The translations under genes were made by a program, and so were the position numbers. A model generated the notes under the pieces. That model did no database searches and was not told the origin of the DNA. It saw only the letters and a program-made list of their open reading frames with translations. From contig OY253668.1 of assembly GCA_958009085.1 (NCBI GenBank), positions 1,054,001 to 1,118,000 on the forward strand: a DNA stretch of 64,000 bases, read 5' to 3'. Origin of the DNA: Protoeuglena noctilucae (lineage: Eukaryota). Shown in pieces: positions 1 to 12,500 of this stretch; the stretch's first letter is position 1, and each line of letters starts with the position of its first letter.

Positions 1-672
1 ATTGGGCTTGGCCAGGCACCGGGCGCTGCGACACGGCCGCCAGGGCCAGCAGGGACGGCGACAGGCGCATCTTGCTCAGGCCCCACGTCGGCCCAAAGTA
101 CATCACGTCTGGCTCGTCTGGCTCGGTGCACAGCAGCGCCAGGCGCCCGTGGCCCGTCATGGCGATGTGCGCCGCCTGCGATCCGCCGTGGGCCCAGCAA
201 GCCAGGGGACCTGAGAAGCGGTCGGTCCCGAACTTGCTGACGTCGTGGACCGACATTCCCTCCCCCGCTCGGCAAGGCCGCACGCCGAACTCGGCCCAGG
301 CGCGGTGGGGCGACGACGGGTCCACGAGGCGGCGGAGATCCTCGTCCTCTGCCGTCACGAGGGCCTCCCGCACATTTGTCAGGTCCTCGAGCGGGAGCAT
401 CTTGATGATTTCACTTTGCACCGCTATGGGAAGCCCTGGAAGGGTCAAGGGTCGTCGTGATAACGTTTGTCAGAGCAATGGCACGCGGCGTCTGCGCAGA
501 AGAGCACTGCGCGGCGCATTGAAAACATCATGACGGTCGCATTCGCAGAAGGCTGCTTCATCATGTACGGGCTCTGTGCCGCACCTGGGAAATTGAAGTG
601 TGGGGGCTCGGTGGCGTCCTCCACGCCCGGGGAAGCCCCCATCGCCTCCTCGGAGAACTCGTGCAGTACCAT
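1..672 (-). CDS. F-box domain protein (3' end runs off the window)
   Basis: Exon 1 672-585, GT-AG intron 584-436, then an open frame to base 1. The spliced product reads FNFPGLPIAVQSEIIKMLPLEDLTNVREAL, which fits the F-box pattern LPxExxxxIxxxLxxxDL. Confidence 0.55.
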
Positions 673-1049
673 GCTAGTGTCTGTCTATGCGCAGCAGGAT
701 GCGGTGTCTCACGACTCTCGGGTGGCCGCGGTTCGGCGCGAAGCACAGTGGGACTGTGCTGCGCTCGCGCCCGGCGAATTGCGCCCCTCTGCGCGAACCA
801 GGTCGCTGCCGGTGTACTCATGACCACGTTTGCTAGCTGTCTCACCTGTACTCGTGGGGATTATTCGTCGGACGGCACGGAGGATCGCGGCAGATGTTTC
901 TGCATGCACCCTGACGCTCAGCGAACGCACTAGCGCCCAGCGTCTCGTATCGCGCACTGATTGTATATGTGGCAGACAGCTGCAGCGAAAGCTGGGCTCG
1001 AGTGCGCTCCGCCGGCCGAGCGTGCTGCGTTTCAAGCGCGGGCGCGTCA

Positions 1050-2798
1050 TCAAGATTGGGCCGCGTTCACAAAGTCCGCCGTGGCACCCAGCCCCGCGTC
1101 CCGGTAGCACTGCGCCACCTCCCCCGCCACGTCCGCCCACGCAACCCCCTCCTCGGCGGAAGCCTTGTCCAAAAGCATCCCAGCACGGTCCAGCGCCTCC
1201 TGCTCCGATGTCTGCGGCCGGGGAACCGAAAAAGGACCCTATTACACGCAACGTCGTGCGACGGCTGGCCCCGCGGGCGCAGCGCAGCGAGGCGAGCACA
1301 AACCTTAGGGTCCGGCAGCATCCCCCGTGCCTTTTTGGCCATGGCCTCCTGGTCGTGCATCCACGCGCGGATCTCGAGGGGCGAGCCCTAGGGGAAGCAG
1401 CCGCAGTGGGACAGATGAGGGCTCGGGAGGGCACTTGAAGTGCGCAGATCGCTCACCGCCCCCTCCGCACCTTGTCCGCCACCCCGGCCTCCTCCGCACA
1501 CGCGTGGAACCCCTCCCTCAGCGTCCACCACGGCATCCGCAGCGCCACGCGCATCGTGTCCCGTGCCTCCTCCCCGTGCCCTAGCCTGCGCACAGCGCGA
1601 GGTTGGCGCGTGCATGCCTCGCAATCGCACCGCCACGCAAGTCGCTCTGTGATCGTGACCCGCCCTGTCCAAGCGCGTGCTTCGTGCGCTCCTTTGCTCA
1701 CCGTGCTTTCAGCCTCGCGTTGAACTCGTAGGGCCTTCCCCAGCTGACGAACTTCCCGTTGCGCATGTACCACTCCCCCGCCACCAGCGACCCCGTCACG
1801 TCGCCCCGCTTGCGCTCGTGCGCCTCCGCCAGCGCCTCGCAGACGTCCACGAAGAACCCCACCTGGGGTGAGGCAGCAGATGCGAGAATGCCTGAACTGA
1901 CAATGGAGCTCACTGACTGAAGAGGTGGGCACTTCATGAATGCCACGCACCTTCTTCACCAGGTACACCTCCATCGACGGCAACCCGGACCTCGCGAACC
2001 CCCCGGGGATGTAGCCCAGGGCACGCCCGTCCGCGCCCACTGCCTCCCGCACCGCTGCGGCCACCAAGGGACCGGTGGTACTCCCTCACTCATTCGCATG
2101 ACCAGCCGGGCCAACACTTCCCTCGCCATGCACCCCAGCTCTCGGCGGGGATACATCCCAACCCCTGCTCCAGCGCCACGCCGCAGGCGCCGGCTGTGGG
2201 TGCCCGCTCACCTGCCTTCGTCCCCTCTGCCTCCTCCTCCACCAGCGCCCGGTGCAGGAACTCATCCACGCCCCTCGCCAGCAGCTCCATGTTGCCCGCC
2301 CCCACCTCCATCGACACCACGGGCACGGCCATGTCCCCGAAAGACCGGGCGTCCGTGGGCCACTTCAACAGGCCCACCACGGCGCCGCGGGGAGTGGAGG
2401 CCACTGCAAGGGGCGGGGAATGGGGCAGGCCTTGTAAGAGATGCCGCGGGGGTCTTGGCGAGCTTAGTCACCCAGCCAGCCAGCGCACCTGGCACGACCA
2501 GCGGGTGGAGCCCGTCCCTTTCGGTGGGCTTGAGCAGGCGCATGCCCTTGGCCTCGAGCGCCCGCGTGAAGGCGTCGAGACGTGGCGGCACGTCGATGCA
2601 GGCGACTTCCGAGAGGAAGCGGTCGAGCTCGCGAGTCGACGCGCTGGACGCCCACGCGCGTCCCGAGCGCCGCGGGACGGCGCTGTTGGAACGCGGGGAT
2701 TGTCGACACAAGCACCTGGAGGCAGGCGATCTCACGCCCGCCGACCAGCCGTGCGAGGCGGCCTCGGCCGCGCAGACGCGGGCCGCCGATCGCAGCAT
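1050..2798 (-). CDS. PAB: PROTEIN IN CHLOROPLAST ATPASE BIOGENESIS (PAB)-like, with N-terminal transit peptide; multi-exon
   Basis: Exons give GLHPLVVP, GLLKWPT, LLARGVDEFLHRALVEEE, EVYLVKK/VGFFVDV, WGRPYEF, ARDTMRVALRMPWWTL and EALDRAGMLLDKAS...AQCYRDAGL, collinear with Arabidopsis PAB motifs as I recall them. The N-terminus is Ser/Arg/Ala-rich. Stop TGA at 1052-1050. Confidence 0.85.
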
Positions 2799-3506
2799 GA
2801 GGCCCTGCACGGCGCCTTGAGGTGCGGCGTCAGTCGCGGCAACTAGCGGCAAGCGCCAACGAATAGGCGCAGCTAGAAGCTACTGTCGGGAACGACGAGC
2901 GCGCTGCGACGCGCTGCTGGGCTCACGCAGGCTGAGCGCACGCCTGGGTGAGCCCACCTGATGGAGCTCGGCACCCGACGAATGCGCCACGCTGCTGATG
3001 GCCAGCACTGGTGACAATCGCGCTAACGGCAAGGGCGATGCGGACACGCCCTCGCTCTGGGGGGAGGTGCAAATCTACCCAATTGCTGAGCCAAAAGTGA
3101 GCAAGGCAGGCTGAAGGAATACGAATTCAGCATTAAAAGCGGTATTTCTCTGGCCACTGCCGGCGTGACTCGGCGAGATATTCGGCGTTTCATGCCCGTC
3201 AGACCGGTTGCCCGAATTTGCCCCGCCTCCACATCGTGCGCGATGCCGGCACCCGAGATCGCAGTTAGTTGACACGAGGTGTCGTCAGCGCCTTCAGGCG
3301 AGGCCGTTTGCTGCCCCGTCCCCTGAGGGGGGCTCGTCTCGTCCCTGGCCCTCCTGGCGTCCAGCCTGAACGCGAAACTTTGCGTGGGATCCTCGCCACG
3401 GCTGGCCAGGGCGCTGGCCCGTCCCTGACCCGGCGCACCGGGTGGGAACGCTCGTCCCGCCGAGGGGCTCGCGTGGCCGAGGCCGTGCGCGCCCGCGCCG
3501 GGGACG

Positions 3507-6500
3507 ATGAGCGCCGCCCAGTTCATTGACCAGGCGCTGAAGCGCGTGTCGGAGCTGGTGGCAGGGCGGAAGGTGACTGGATTTCAGCGGCGCGCGGGCC
3601 CGGGCGGACACGGGCCGCAACTGTTCGGCCAGGGTCCGGCCCGGACTCCCCGCGCCTCGGATGGCGGCGCAGCGCCGTCTCGTCGCGTTCGTATCCCAGA
3701 AAAGCAGGAGCTACGTGTCGCGGCCGTCCACCGGCCCCCCCGGCCCTCCCGCGCAGAACCGCGACCTGACGTTAGACATCAAGAGCCTCCAGGGCTCCAC
3801 CGCCAGCCTCTTCCCCGCGAATGGTCCCGCGGATGAGAGGGTGAGCAGGCATGCTTCCCGCAAGGGCCGCGTCCCTGGCCGGAGCCCCGCGCGCCTCGCG
3901 GCCAGGGGTCGCGCGCGCTAAGCCACGCTCAGCCCGCGCCCGCGCGCCCGACGCCCCCGTGCCTGCCCCCCGCAGGGCGTCCGCGCGATCGTCGGCATCA
4001 TGGCCGGCGTGACGGCCACGCGTTCCCCGAAGGCCGTGGCTGTGGCCATCGACTGTCTGCAGAAGCTCGTGGCCTCGGGGGTGGTGCAAGGGGCCGTCAC
4101 GTCGCTGCCCGCGCTGCCCGACAGCCTCCCCGCCGCCAAGCGTGGCGGCCCCGGGGCTCCGTCGCCGCAGTCTGTGGCCGTGGCTGCCATCGTCTCGTGC
4201 TACAACATGGGCCAAGAGGAGACGGAGCTGCAGGTCCTGAAGGCCCTGGTGAGTGGGGGAGACAAAGGGCCAAGGTTGCCAAATGGACACATTTCTATGC
4301 ATAAAGCATGGTTTGGACAGACAGCGTGGTGGGGAAGGATTACCTCGCCCTGGCAGGACACGCACAAAGCCTCTCTCCGCCCGCTCCGCCCCCACGTCAC
4401 CCCCGCCTCACCCCTCCCCCCCAGCTCTCCCTCTCCGGCTCCCACACCCTGCTGCTCCACAGCGAGGCCCTCCTCGCCGTCGTCCGCGTCTGCTTCGAGA
4501 TCGCGGTGGGCACGCGGTCCCCCACCAGCCAGGGCACGGCGCGGGCGGCCCTGGTGCAGCTCGTCACCGTGGCGTTCCGGCGCATGGAGAGCAACTCCCC
4601 GGACGTGCCCCTGGCGCCCGTCTCCGTGCGGGACCCCCTGGCCGGGGTGCAGGCGGTGCTCGACAAGGGCCCGCCGGAGGACGCGTCCGGCAACGCGCAG
4701 ATCTTCGGGTGGCTCATCAACCAGGAGCTCAAAGTCCCGCCCCTCGCGCTCGAAAACCTCCGCGCCGCCCTCGCGGCCGCGAAGGACGACGACGGCGCCC
4801 CGGCCGCGGACGACGCCCGCCCGCGGCTCGACCGGTCCCTGTCCGTCGCGCCGGCCATGGGAGCGGCGGCGGCAGCAGCTGCCGTGGCGGCGGCCCCGGG
4901 CGACCGGCCTCTGAGCCCGGCGCGCGAGGCGGAGGCCCTGGGGAGCGCGAGCCCTCCCGTGACACCGCCCGTGAGCCCGCCCGTGAGCCCGCCCCCTGCC
5001 ATGGCGGACCCCGCTGCTGCGGCTGAGGAGGAGCCCTCGCCCGCTGCCGACGATGCCGAGGCGAGCGGCGAGGAGGCTGCGGCCGAGGAGGGGGCTGCCG
5101 TGGGGGTGGAGGCCAAAGCGGAGGGGGAGGCGACTGCGACGCCCGTGGCAGCTGAGGTGGAGGGCGAGCAAGATGGGGCCGAGGGCGCAGCGGCGGAGGG
5201 AGGAGATGCGGAAGGAGAGGGCGCAGCGGAGGGAGAGACGCGAGAGGGCGATGATGAGGAGGGCGGTGGCGAAGGGGCGGAGGACGTCGATGGCAGCAGC
5301 CCTGGCCAGGACGCCCCGGGCCCCGCCGACGACGCCGCAGCCGACGCGGAGGTCGTCGCGCCGTCCTCTCCCTCCCCCGCCTCCCCCGCGCCCCTCCCCG
5401 AGCGCAGCGCCACCCCCGCCACCGAGGTGGGGGACGCGGACGGCCGCCCGTACCCCCCCGCGTCCGCCCCCGCGCGGAGCGTCTTCTGGCGCGACGCGCA
5501 CATGCTCTTCCGCGCCCTCTGCCGCCTCTCGTCCCGCCCCGTGGAGCCCGCGGGCTCGTCGACTCTCGAGGCCGCTGCCATGCGCGCCAAGGTGCTCAGC
5601 CTGGAGCTGGTGGCGCTGGTGCTGGACAACGCGCGGGCGGCGCTGCTGGGGGACGAGGCGTTTGTCGAGGCCATCAAGCAAGTGCTGCTGCTGTCCTTGG
5701 TGAGAGAGGGGGTGTGGGCGGGGGCGATGGGGTGGGTATTGATGGCGACTCGGGGCTCTCAGCAGAACGACAAAGAGCACACCAAACACAAACGCACCCT
5801 CTTTTGGTAGTACTGTAACTCACCCCTCACCTCACCACCCTCACCCCCACCCTCTGCAGCTCAAGAACTGCACCAGTGCGGTGCCCGAGGCCGTGCGCCT
5901 CTCCTGCGGCATCTTCCTGACGCTCGTGCTCCACTTCCGACGGGCGCTCAAGGCGGAGATCGGCATCTTCTACCCTATGGTGCTCCTGCGGGTCATCGAG
6001 GGCGCGGCGGGGCCCGCGGGGGTGTCCCAGGCACAGGCGAGGAGACGAGGGATGGGGGGCATGTGGCATGTGGGTGGTATGCGTGTGGTGCTGTGAATGG
6101 GCGTGGGGAGGGGAGTAAGTGCGACAGCACTGCTGCCTGCCCTCCGCCCTCGCTGTCCCTGTGTCGCAACCGCACCCTGCCACTCTGCCACCCCATCACC
6201 CCGCCACCCTCTCGCCTCTCCCCCAGGGCGCGTCCGGCACGATGTCCTTCAACCACCTGGCCGTGGCGCTGCGTTGCCTGAAGCTGGTGTGCGAGGACGG
6301 GCAGCTGCTGGTGGACCTCTTCGCCAACTACGACTGCGACTTGAACGGGTCCAACCTGTTTGAACGGTCCATCAAGGCACTGGTGAGCGCTAACAGCGAA
6401 TGAGAGGTTGGCCTGTTCGAGAGGTCCATCAAGGCACTGATGAGTGAGGGTCAATTGCAGCGAACGAGAGAGGTCCAGACCTCCATTGAGGGTCACATGA

Positions 6501-9500
6501 GCCCCGACACGCCTCACTCCCACTCCTCGACTCCCTCACCACATCTTCCACTCCCTCACCACACCCCCCACCCCAACCCCCAGGTGTCCCTCGCCTCCGG
6601 CACCACCCAGTCCCCCGGCCCCGCCACCGCCGGCCACCTCACGCCCCAGCAAGAGGCGCACGTGCGGGTGGAGTCCCTGCAGTGCCTTGTGCACGTGCAG
6701 GAGAGCCTGCTGCACTGGCACGCGGACGCGTCGGGGTTCCTGGCCGCGCCGGCCTCGCCCAAGCGCAGGGAGGGGAGCCAAGGTGAGGAGGGGTGGGGGG
6801 CACGGAGGGGACGCACAAACACCAGTGGGGGTGGGTGGTCAGGGCGTAGATGGGGGTGGGTTGGTGAGACTTGAATGCAGTGGAGGGGTGCATACGACCG
6901 CCATATGTGCTCACCTCGCTGTCACATCGCCCCGTTGCTCCCCTCTTCACCCCCCACTGCTCCCACCTCCACCCCGTCAGCTCACCCCTCCCCACCGCAC
7001 TCCCCCACCCCAACTCCACCCCCCGCAGACGACGCGGCTGACGATTCCGCCGCCAGCGACGCCGCCCCCTCCGCCTCCGCCTCCACGTCGCACCTCCCAG
7101 ACGCAGCCAATGCCAATGGCAGCACCAGCACCAACCCCAACCCCAACGGCCCCACCACCGCCGCCGCCAACGGCGCCCCGCCCCTCGCGGCCCGGCGCGC
7201 CGCCAAGGAGACGTTTGTGGAGTGCGTGGCGCTGTTCAACAAGGGCAAGACGAAGCGGGCGGTGGCGACGCTGCAGGAGGCGGGGCTGGTGGGCCCGGCC
7301 CCCGCGGACGTCGCTGCCTTCTTCAAGAGCACTCCCTCTCTCGACAAGACGGAGGTGGGCAACTACATGGGGGAGCTGGACGACCGCTGCATCGCGGCCA
7401 TGCACGCGTACGTCGACTCGTTCGACTTCGCGGGGCTGGCGTTCGACGCGGCCATCCGGGAGCTGCTGGCGGGGTTCCGGCTGCCCGGCGAGGCGCAGAA
7501 GATCGACCGAATCATGGAGAAGTTCGCGGAGCGGTACACGGTGTGCAACCCCGGGACGTTCCCGTCGGCCGACACGGCGTACGTGCTGGCGTTCAGCGTG
7601 ATCATGCTCAACACGGACGCGCACAACCCCATGGTGAAGAAGAAGATGACCAGGGAGGCGTTCATTCGGTGAGGGGGCGTGCACGGCACGCACGGTTGCC
7701 TAGCAAGGGCAAGCTTCCCCACCTGTTAGCCACCCTCCCCACCCTCACCTCTCGCGCCACCCTCCCCACCCTCCCCCTCATTCCACCCCCACCCTCACCC
7801 CCACCCTCACCCTCACTCACCTCACTCACCCCCACCCCCACCCCCAGCAACAACCGCGGCATCAGCGACGGCGCGGACCTCCCCGAGGCCTTCCTGTCCG
7901 ACATCTTCACGCGCATCACCACCGACGAGATTCGCATGAGGGGCGACGCGCCGCCCCCGCTCCCGCCGGACGCCAAGGGCGGGAAGGGGAAGGGGGCACC
8001 CGCACCCGCACCCGCCGCCGCCGACCCCTTCGCCGCCCTCATGCTCGCCAAGTCAGGCGAGTGCGGCTGGGGTGGGGGGGGGTTGTGAGGTGTTGCTATG
8101 CAAGATGGGGACAAGCATGGAACCAACACTGACTCGCCCACTTACACCCTGCTACCATCCTGACCCTCACCCTCACCTTCACCCTCACCCCCATACCCCA
8201 CCATCCCCCCAGGCCCGACGGAGGCGGAGGACGCGGAGGTGGACCGCTTCCACGCCGCCCTCCGCGAGCAGGCCCGCTCCTCCGCCTTCCAGGACGTGAC
8301 CGACCCCGACGCGGTTCGGCCGATGGTGGCGGCCGTGTGGGAGCCGCAGCTGGAGGCATTGGCGGGGACCTTCAAGGCACACGACGCCGTGGCGGTGGTG
8401 GACCTGTGTTTGACCGGGCTGCGGCTCATGGCCATGCTGGCGTGCCAGACGGCGCTGCCCGCCGTGCGCGTGCGGGTGGTGGTGGTCGTGGCGCAGCTCA
8501 CCAGCCTGGTGAGGGCGTGGGGTGGGGTGGGGTGTCAGTGGTCGGGTGCAAGTGCGCAGCATGGCGGACTGTCTCACTCCCAATGTCACTCTCACTCTTA
8601 CTCTCACCCACACTCCCACTCTCCCCCCCACTCTCACTCTCCCCCCCACTCTCACCTCCACCCCTCTTTCCCCCCCCAGGACGACCCCCCCAAGATCCAG
8701 GCCAACACTCTCTCACTCTCACCCCCACCCTCCCCTCCCCCCCAGGACGACCCCCCCAAGATCCAGGCCAAGTCGACGGCGGCCATCCGCGTCCTCCTCC
8801 GCATCGCCGAGGACAACGGCAGCTTCCTCGAAGAAGACTCCTGGTCCATCATCCTGCAGTGCGTCTCACGACTCGAGGCACTGCTGCAGGTCGTGCAGGG
8901 GCTGCCCACCGACGCGGCGCTGTTCGGCGAGGGGGACGCGCCAACGCAGAAGGCCCAGCCGCAGGCGGCGAGGCTCGCGCGCAGCCGCACCGCGCAGCCC
9001 GCCCGGGGCACCCCGGACCGGGGGGGCGCGGGGACGCCCGCGGGCGGCGCGGCTGGCACCGGCACCAGCACAGGCACCCCCGGGTCGGCCCGTCGCGGGT
9101 GGGACCACCTGGACGCGGTCTCCCAGGCGCAGCAGAACCACCCGGAGCGCCGGCTGGTGCGGGCGGCGAGCAACGAGGTGTCGAGCTCCGGGCAGAGCCG
9201 CGCGCTGTCCCCCCGCCCCAGCGTGGCCGTCGGGGGTCCCCTGTCGGTGGGCAACGCCTCGTTTGTGGTGCCGGACGCCAAGGACCTGTCCGCGCCCACC
9301 CAGATGGCGCTGCAGGTGAGGGGAAGGGGTGGGTGGGGGTATGTGGGGGCGGAGTGTTGCAGCGGAGTCGCTCTCACTGCCTCTTTCTTTATGTGTGCGC
9401 CCTCGCTCTTCCTGTTATCGCCCTCACTGCCACCCCCACTGCCACCCTCACCCTCACCACTGCCCTCACTACCTCCCTCACCCTCACCCCCACTACTACC

Positions 9501-12500
9501 AACCCCACCCCCACCCTCACCCTCACCGTCACCCCGCCCTCACCCCACCACCCCACCCCCAGGCCATGGACCCGACCGAACCTGACCGCCTGTTCGTGTC
9601 CACGTCCAACCTCAACAGCGAGGCCATCGTCAACTTCGTCAAGGCCCTCTGCGCCGTGGCACAGTCCGAGCTCGCCTCGCCCCGCTCCCCCCGCGTCTAC
9701 TCCACCGCCAAGATCGTGGAGGTGGCGCACCACAACATGGGGCGCATCCGACTGGTGTGGACGCGCATCTGGGCCGTGCTGGGGGAGTACTTCGCCTGGG
9801 TCGGGTGCCACCCGAGGGTCAACGTGGCGCTCTACGCCGTCGATGCCCTACGGCAGCTCAGGTGCGGATGCGGTGTGGGGGAGGGGAGCGGTAGGGGTGC
9901 GGCAGCTCAGGTGGGGTGCAGGGAGGGGGTGTGGACTGGTGTGGTGGCTCTGCGGCTGCTCAGGTGGGGTGCAGCAGGAGTGCGTGGGTGGGTGCGAGCC
10001 TCGTTTGTACTCTCTGCACCATTGCCATCCATCTCCGTCTCTCTCTCCCTTGTTGCCCACATCAACACCCCCCCCCCCGCATGCGTCCCTGCACCTTCAT
10101 GGTACTGCATGCATGGTATTACGTGCACCACCCACGTCACCCCACACGCCCCTCCCCTCACCCAAACCCGCAGCATGAAGTTCTTGGAGCGCGACGAGCT
10201 GGGCAACTTCAGCTTCCAGAACGACTTCCTCCGCCCCTTCGTGGCCGTCATGCGCCAGGCAGACCTGGTGGAGACGCGGGAGATGGTCGTGCGGTGCATG
10301 GCGCAGATGGTGCAGGCCAGGGTGGGCAACATCAAGTCGGGGTGGAAGCCCATGTTCATGGTGTTCACGGCCGCCGCGCGCGACCGGCAGCAGCAGATCG
10401 TGCGGATGGGGTTTGACACGATCGAGCGCGTGGTGCGCGAGCACTTCGACCACATCACGGGTGAGAGAGGGGTGGGTGGTGGATGGTGCATACGAGTGAG
10501 GGGGTGGTAGATGAGGGAGCACTTCGACCACATCACGGGTAGCAAGAGAGGGTGGAGAAACATGCGTGGTCGGCAGCTGCATTCCCACTTGTTCACACGC
10601 ACGTCGCAGTCACCACCCCACAGATGAAGACCATCAAACAACCCATCCTTCCCACCCCCTCCCCCTTATCCCCCCAGAAACCGAGGAGGCGGTCTTCACC
10701 GATTGCGTCAACTGCCTCCTGGCCTTCGCCAACAACCAGTACGACACGGACGTGGCCCTCAACGCCATCGCCTTCCTGCGCTTCTGCGCCGTGCAGCTCG
10801 CTGAGGGGACCCTGTCCCGCCGCATCGCCAAGGCGCGGGACCCCGCCGACCCCGCCGCATCCCCCGTGCGCCCCGGGGCCGTCCGCTCCCGCGCCCGCGC
10901 CCCTGACGGCGCCGCGCCCGACCGCGACCGCGACGCCTCGCTGCTCTACTGGTACCCCCTGCTGGCCGGCCTGTCCGAGCTGGCCTTCGACCCGCAGCAG
11001 GTCATCCGCCGCAGCGCCCTGGAGATGCTCTTCGACACGCTCAAGTTCCACGGCGGCGCCTTCGCCCCGGACTTCTGGGCCCGCGTGTTCGAGTCCGTGG
11101 TGCTGCCCATGTTCGACGAGGCGCGCACCGCCGACGACGCCCGCGCGGACGCCTGGCTGCACGAGACGTGCGCCCAGTGCCTGGGGTACATACTGGACCT
11201 CGTGCGGCAGTTTTACGAGGATCTCGCGCCCCAGGCGCCCCGGGTGGCAGCGCTCCTGCTGGGACTCCTCGACCGGCCCCACGAGCCCCTGGCGATGCTG
11301 GGACTGGAGCGGTTCCTGCAGATGCTCGAGGCCCTCGGGCCGCGCTTCACGCCGCAGATGTGGGTGGGGTACGTCGAGGACATGTGCGCGGCCGTGGAGG
11401 CGGGGGTGCCGGACATACGGGGGGTGATTGAGGGGACGGGTGAGGAGCGGGGGGACTTTTGAGGATGGGTGGGGTGGTGGGAGCAGAGCTGTGTTGCCTA
11501 GGTTGCATGCTTGATATATGCGCACTCTTCACGCACCACTACCACTGCTGCCCACGCACCCGCCTCCCGTCAGCCCCACTGACGGCCCCCGCCCTATGCG
11601 CTCCCCGCAGCCGCCCCCTCCGAGCCCCCCACCCCCTCCACCCCCTCCCCACGCCGCGGCCCGGCCCCCGCCCCCGACCTCCGCCGGCTGCGACTCCGCG
11701 CCTCCATCTCCCGCAAGGCCGTCAAGCACATGGCGGAGCTCTACGCGCAGCAGCGCGCGTCGCTGCCCGAGGAGGCCATCGAGCGGCTGCTGGCGGGGCT
11801 GCGGCGCGTGGCCGACCACGCCCGGGGGTGCAACCGGGACAGGGAGCTGCGGGCCGCGCTGCAGAGGCGACAGGCGGAGGCCAGGCTCGCGGCGGACGAG
11901 ACGCTGCGGTGCGTTTCAGCAGTTGCGCGGGGATGCCTCGCCTGGCTGCGCGATGGCCGTGTGATGCGACATCTGATGTCATGCACAGTGTCACACCCAC
12001 GCCTTCCCCCACGCCCACGCCTCGTCACCCCTCTCCTCTCGTCCTCCCCGCAGCGACCCCCCCCTGCTGAACCTGGAGGTCGAGTGCCTGCGGCAGTCCA
12101 CGGCCGTCCTGGCCGACCTCCACAAGGGGGGCGCCAAGCACGCGCCGCCCGCCGCGGACGTCGAGGGGCGGCTCGTGGCGCACCTGCTGAACGTGCTGCA
12201 GGACTACGCCAGGCTGGGAGGGGTGCCGGTCGAGAGCCGGCAGCGGGGGGCGGCGGAGACGGGGGCCGGGGCGGACGCGGCGGCGGGCGCTGCGATGGTC
12301 CCGGGGCTGGGCCTGGGGGCGGCGGGCGGCCCTCCGCGCGGCGACTCGGCGGCGCGGGAGGCGGCGGCGGTGGGTCCCTCGCGGATGCCCCCCGGGGTGG
12401 TGCCTCCCGAGGTGGAGATGACGCAGCGGGCGGGGCTGGCCGTGGAGACGATGCGGGTGCTGGGGGGGCTGGAACCCAAGGCCTTCCGCAAGCAGGTGCG

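Noticed and set aside
4200..5789. Long antisense and alternative-frame ORFs (for example 4200-5789, 8337-10178, 15095-16843)
   Set aside because: Shadow ORFs expected from very high GC and biased codon use. They overlap well-supported genes and show no motifs.
9850..9975. Regularly spaced repeats as a possible CRISPR-like array
   Set aside because: Only three degenerate copies of a splice junction inside a eukaryotic intron, with no cas genes.
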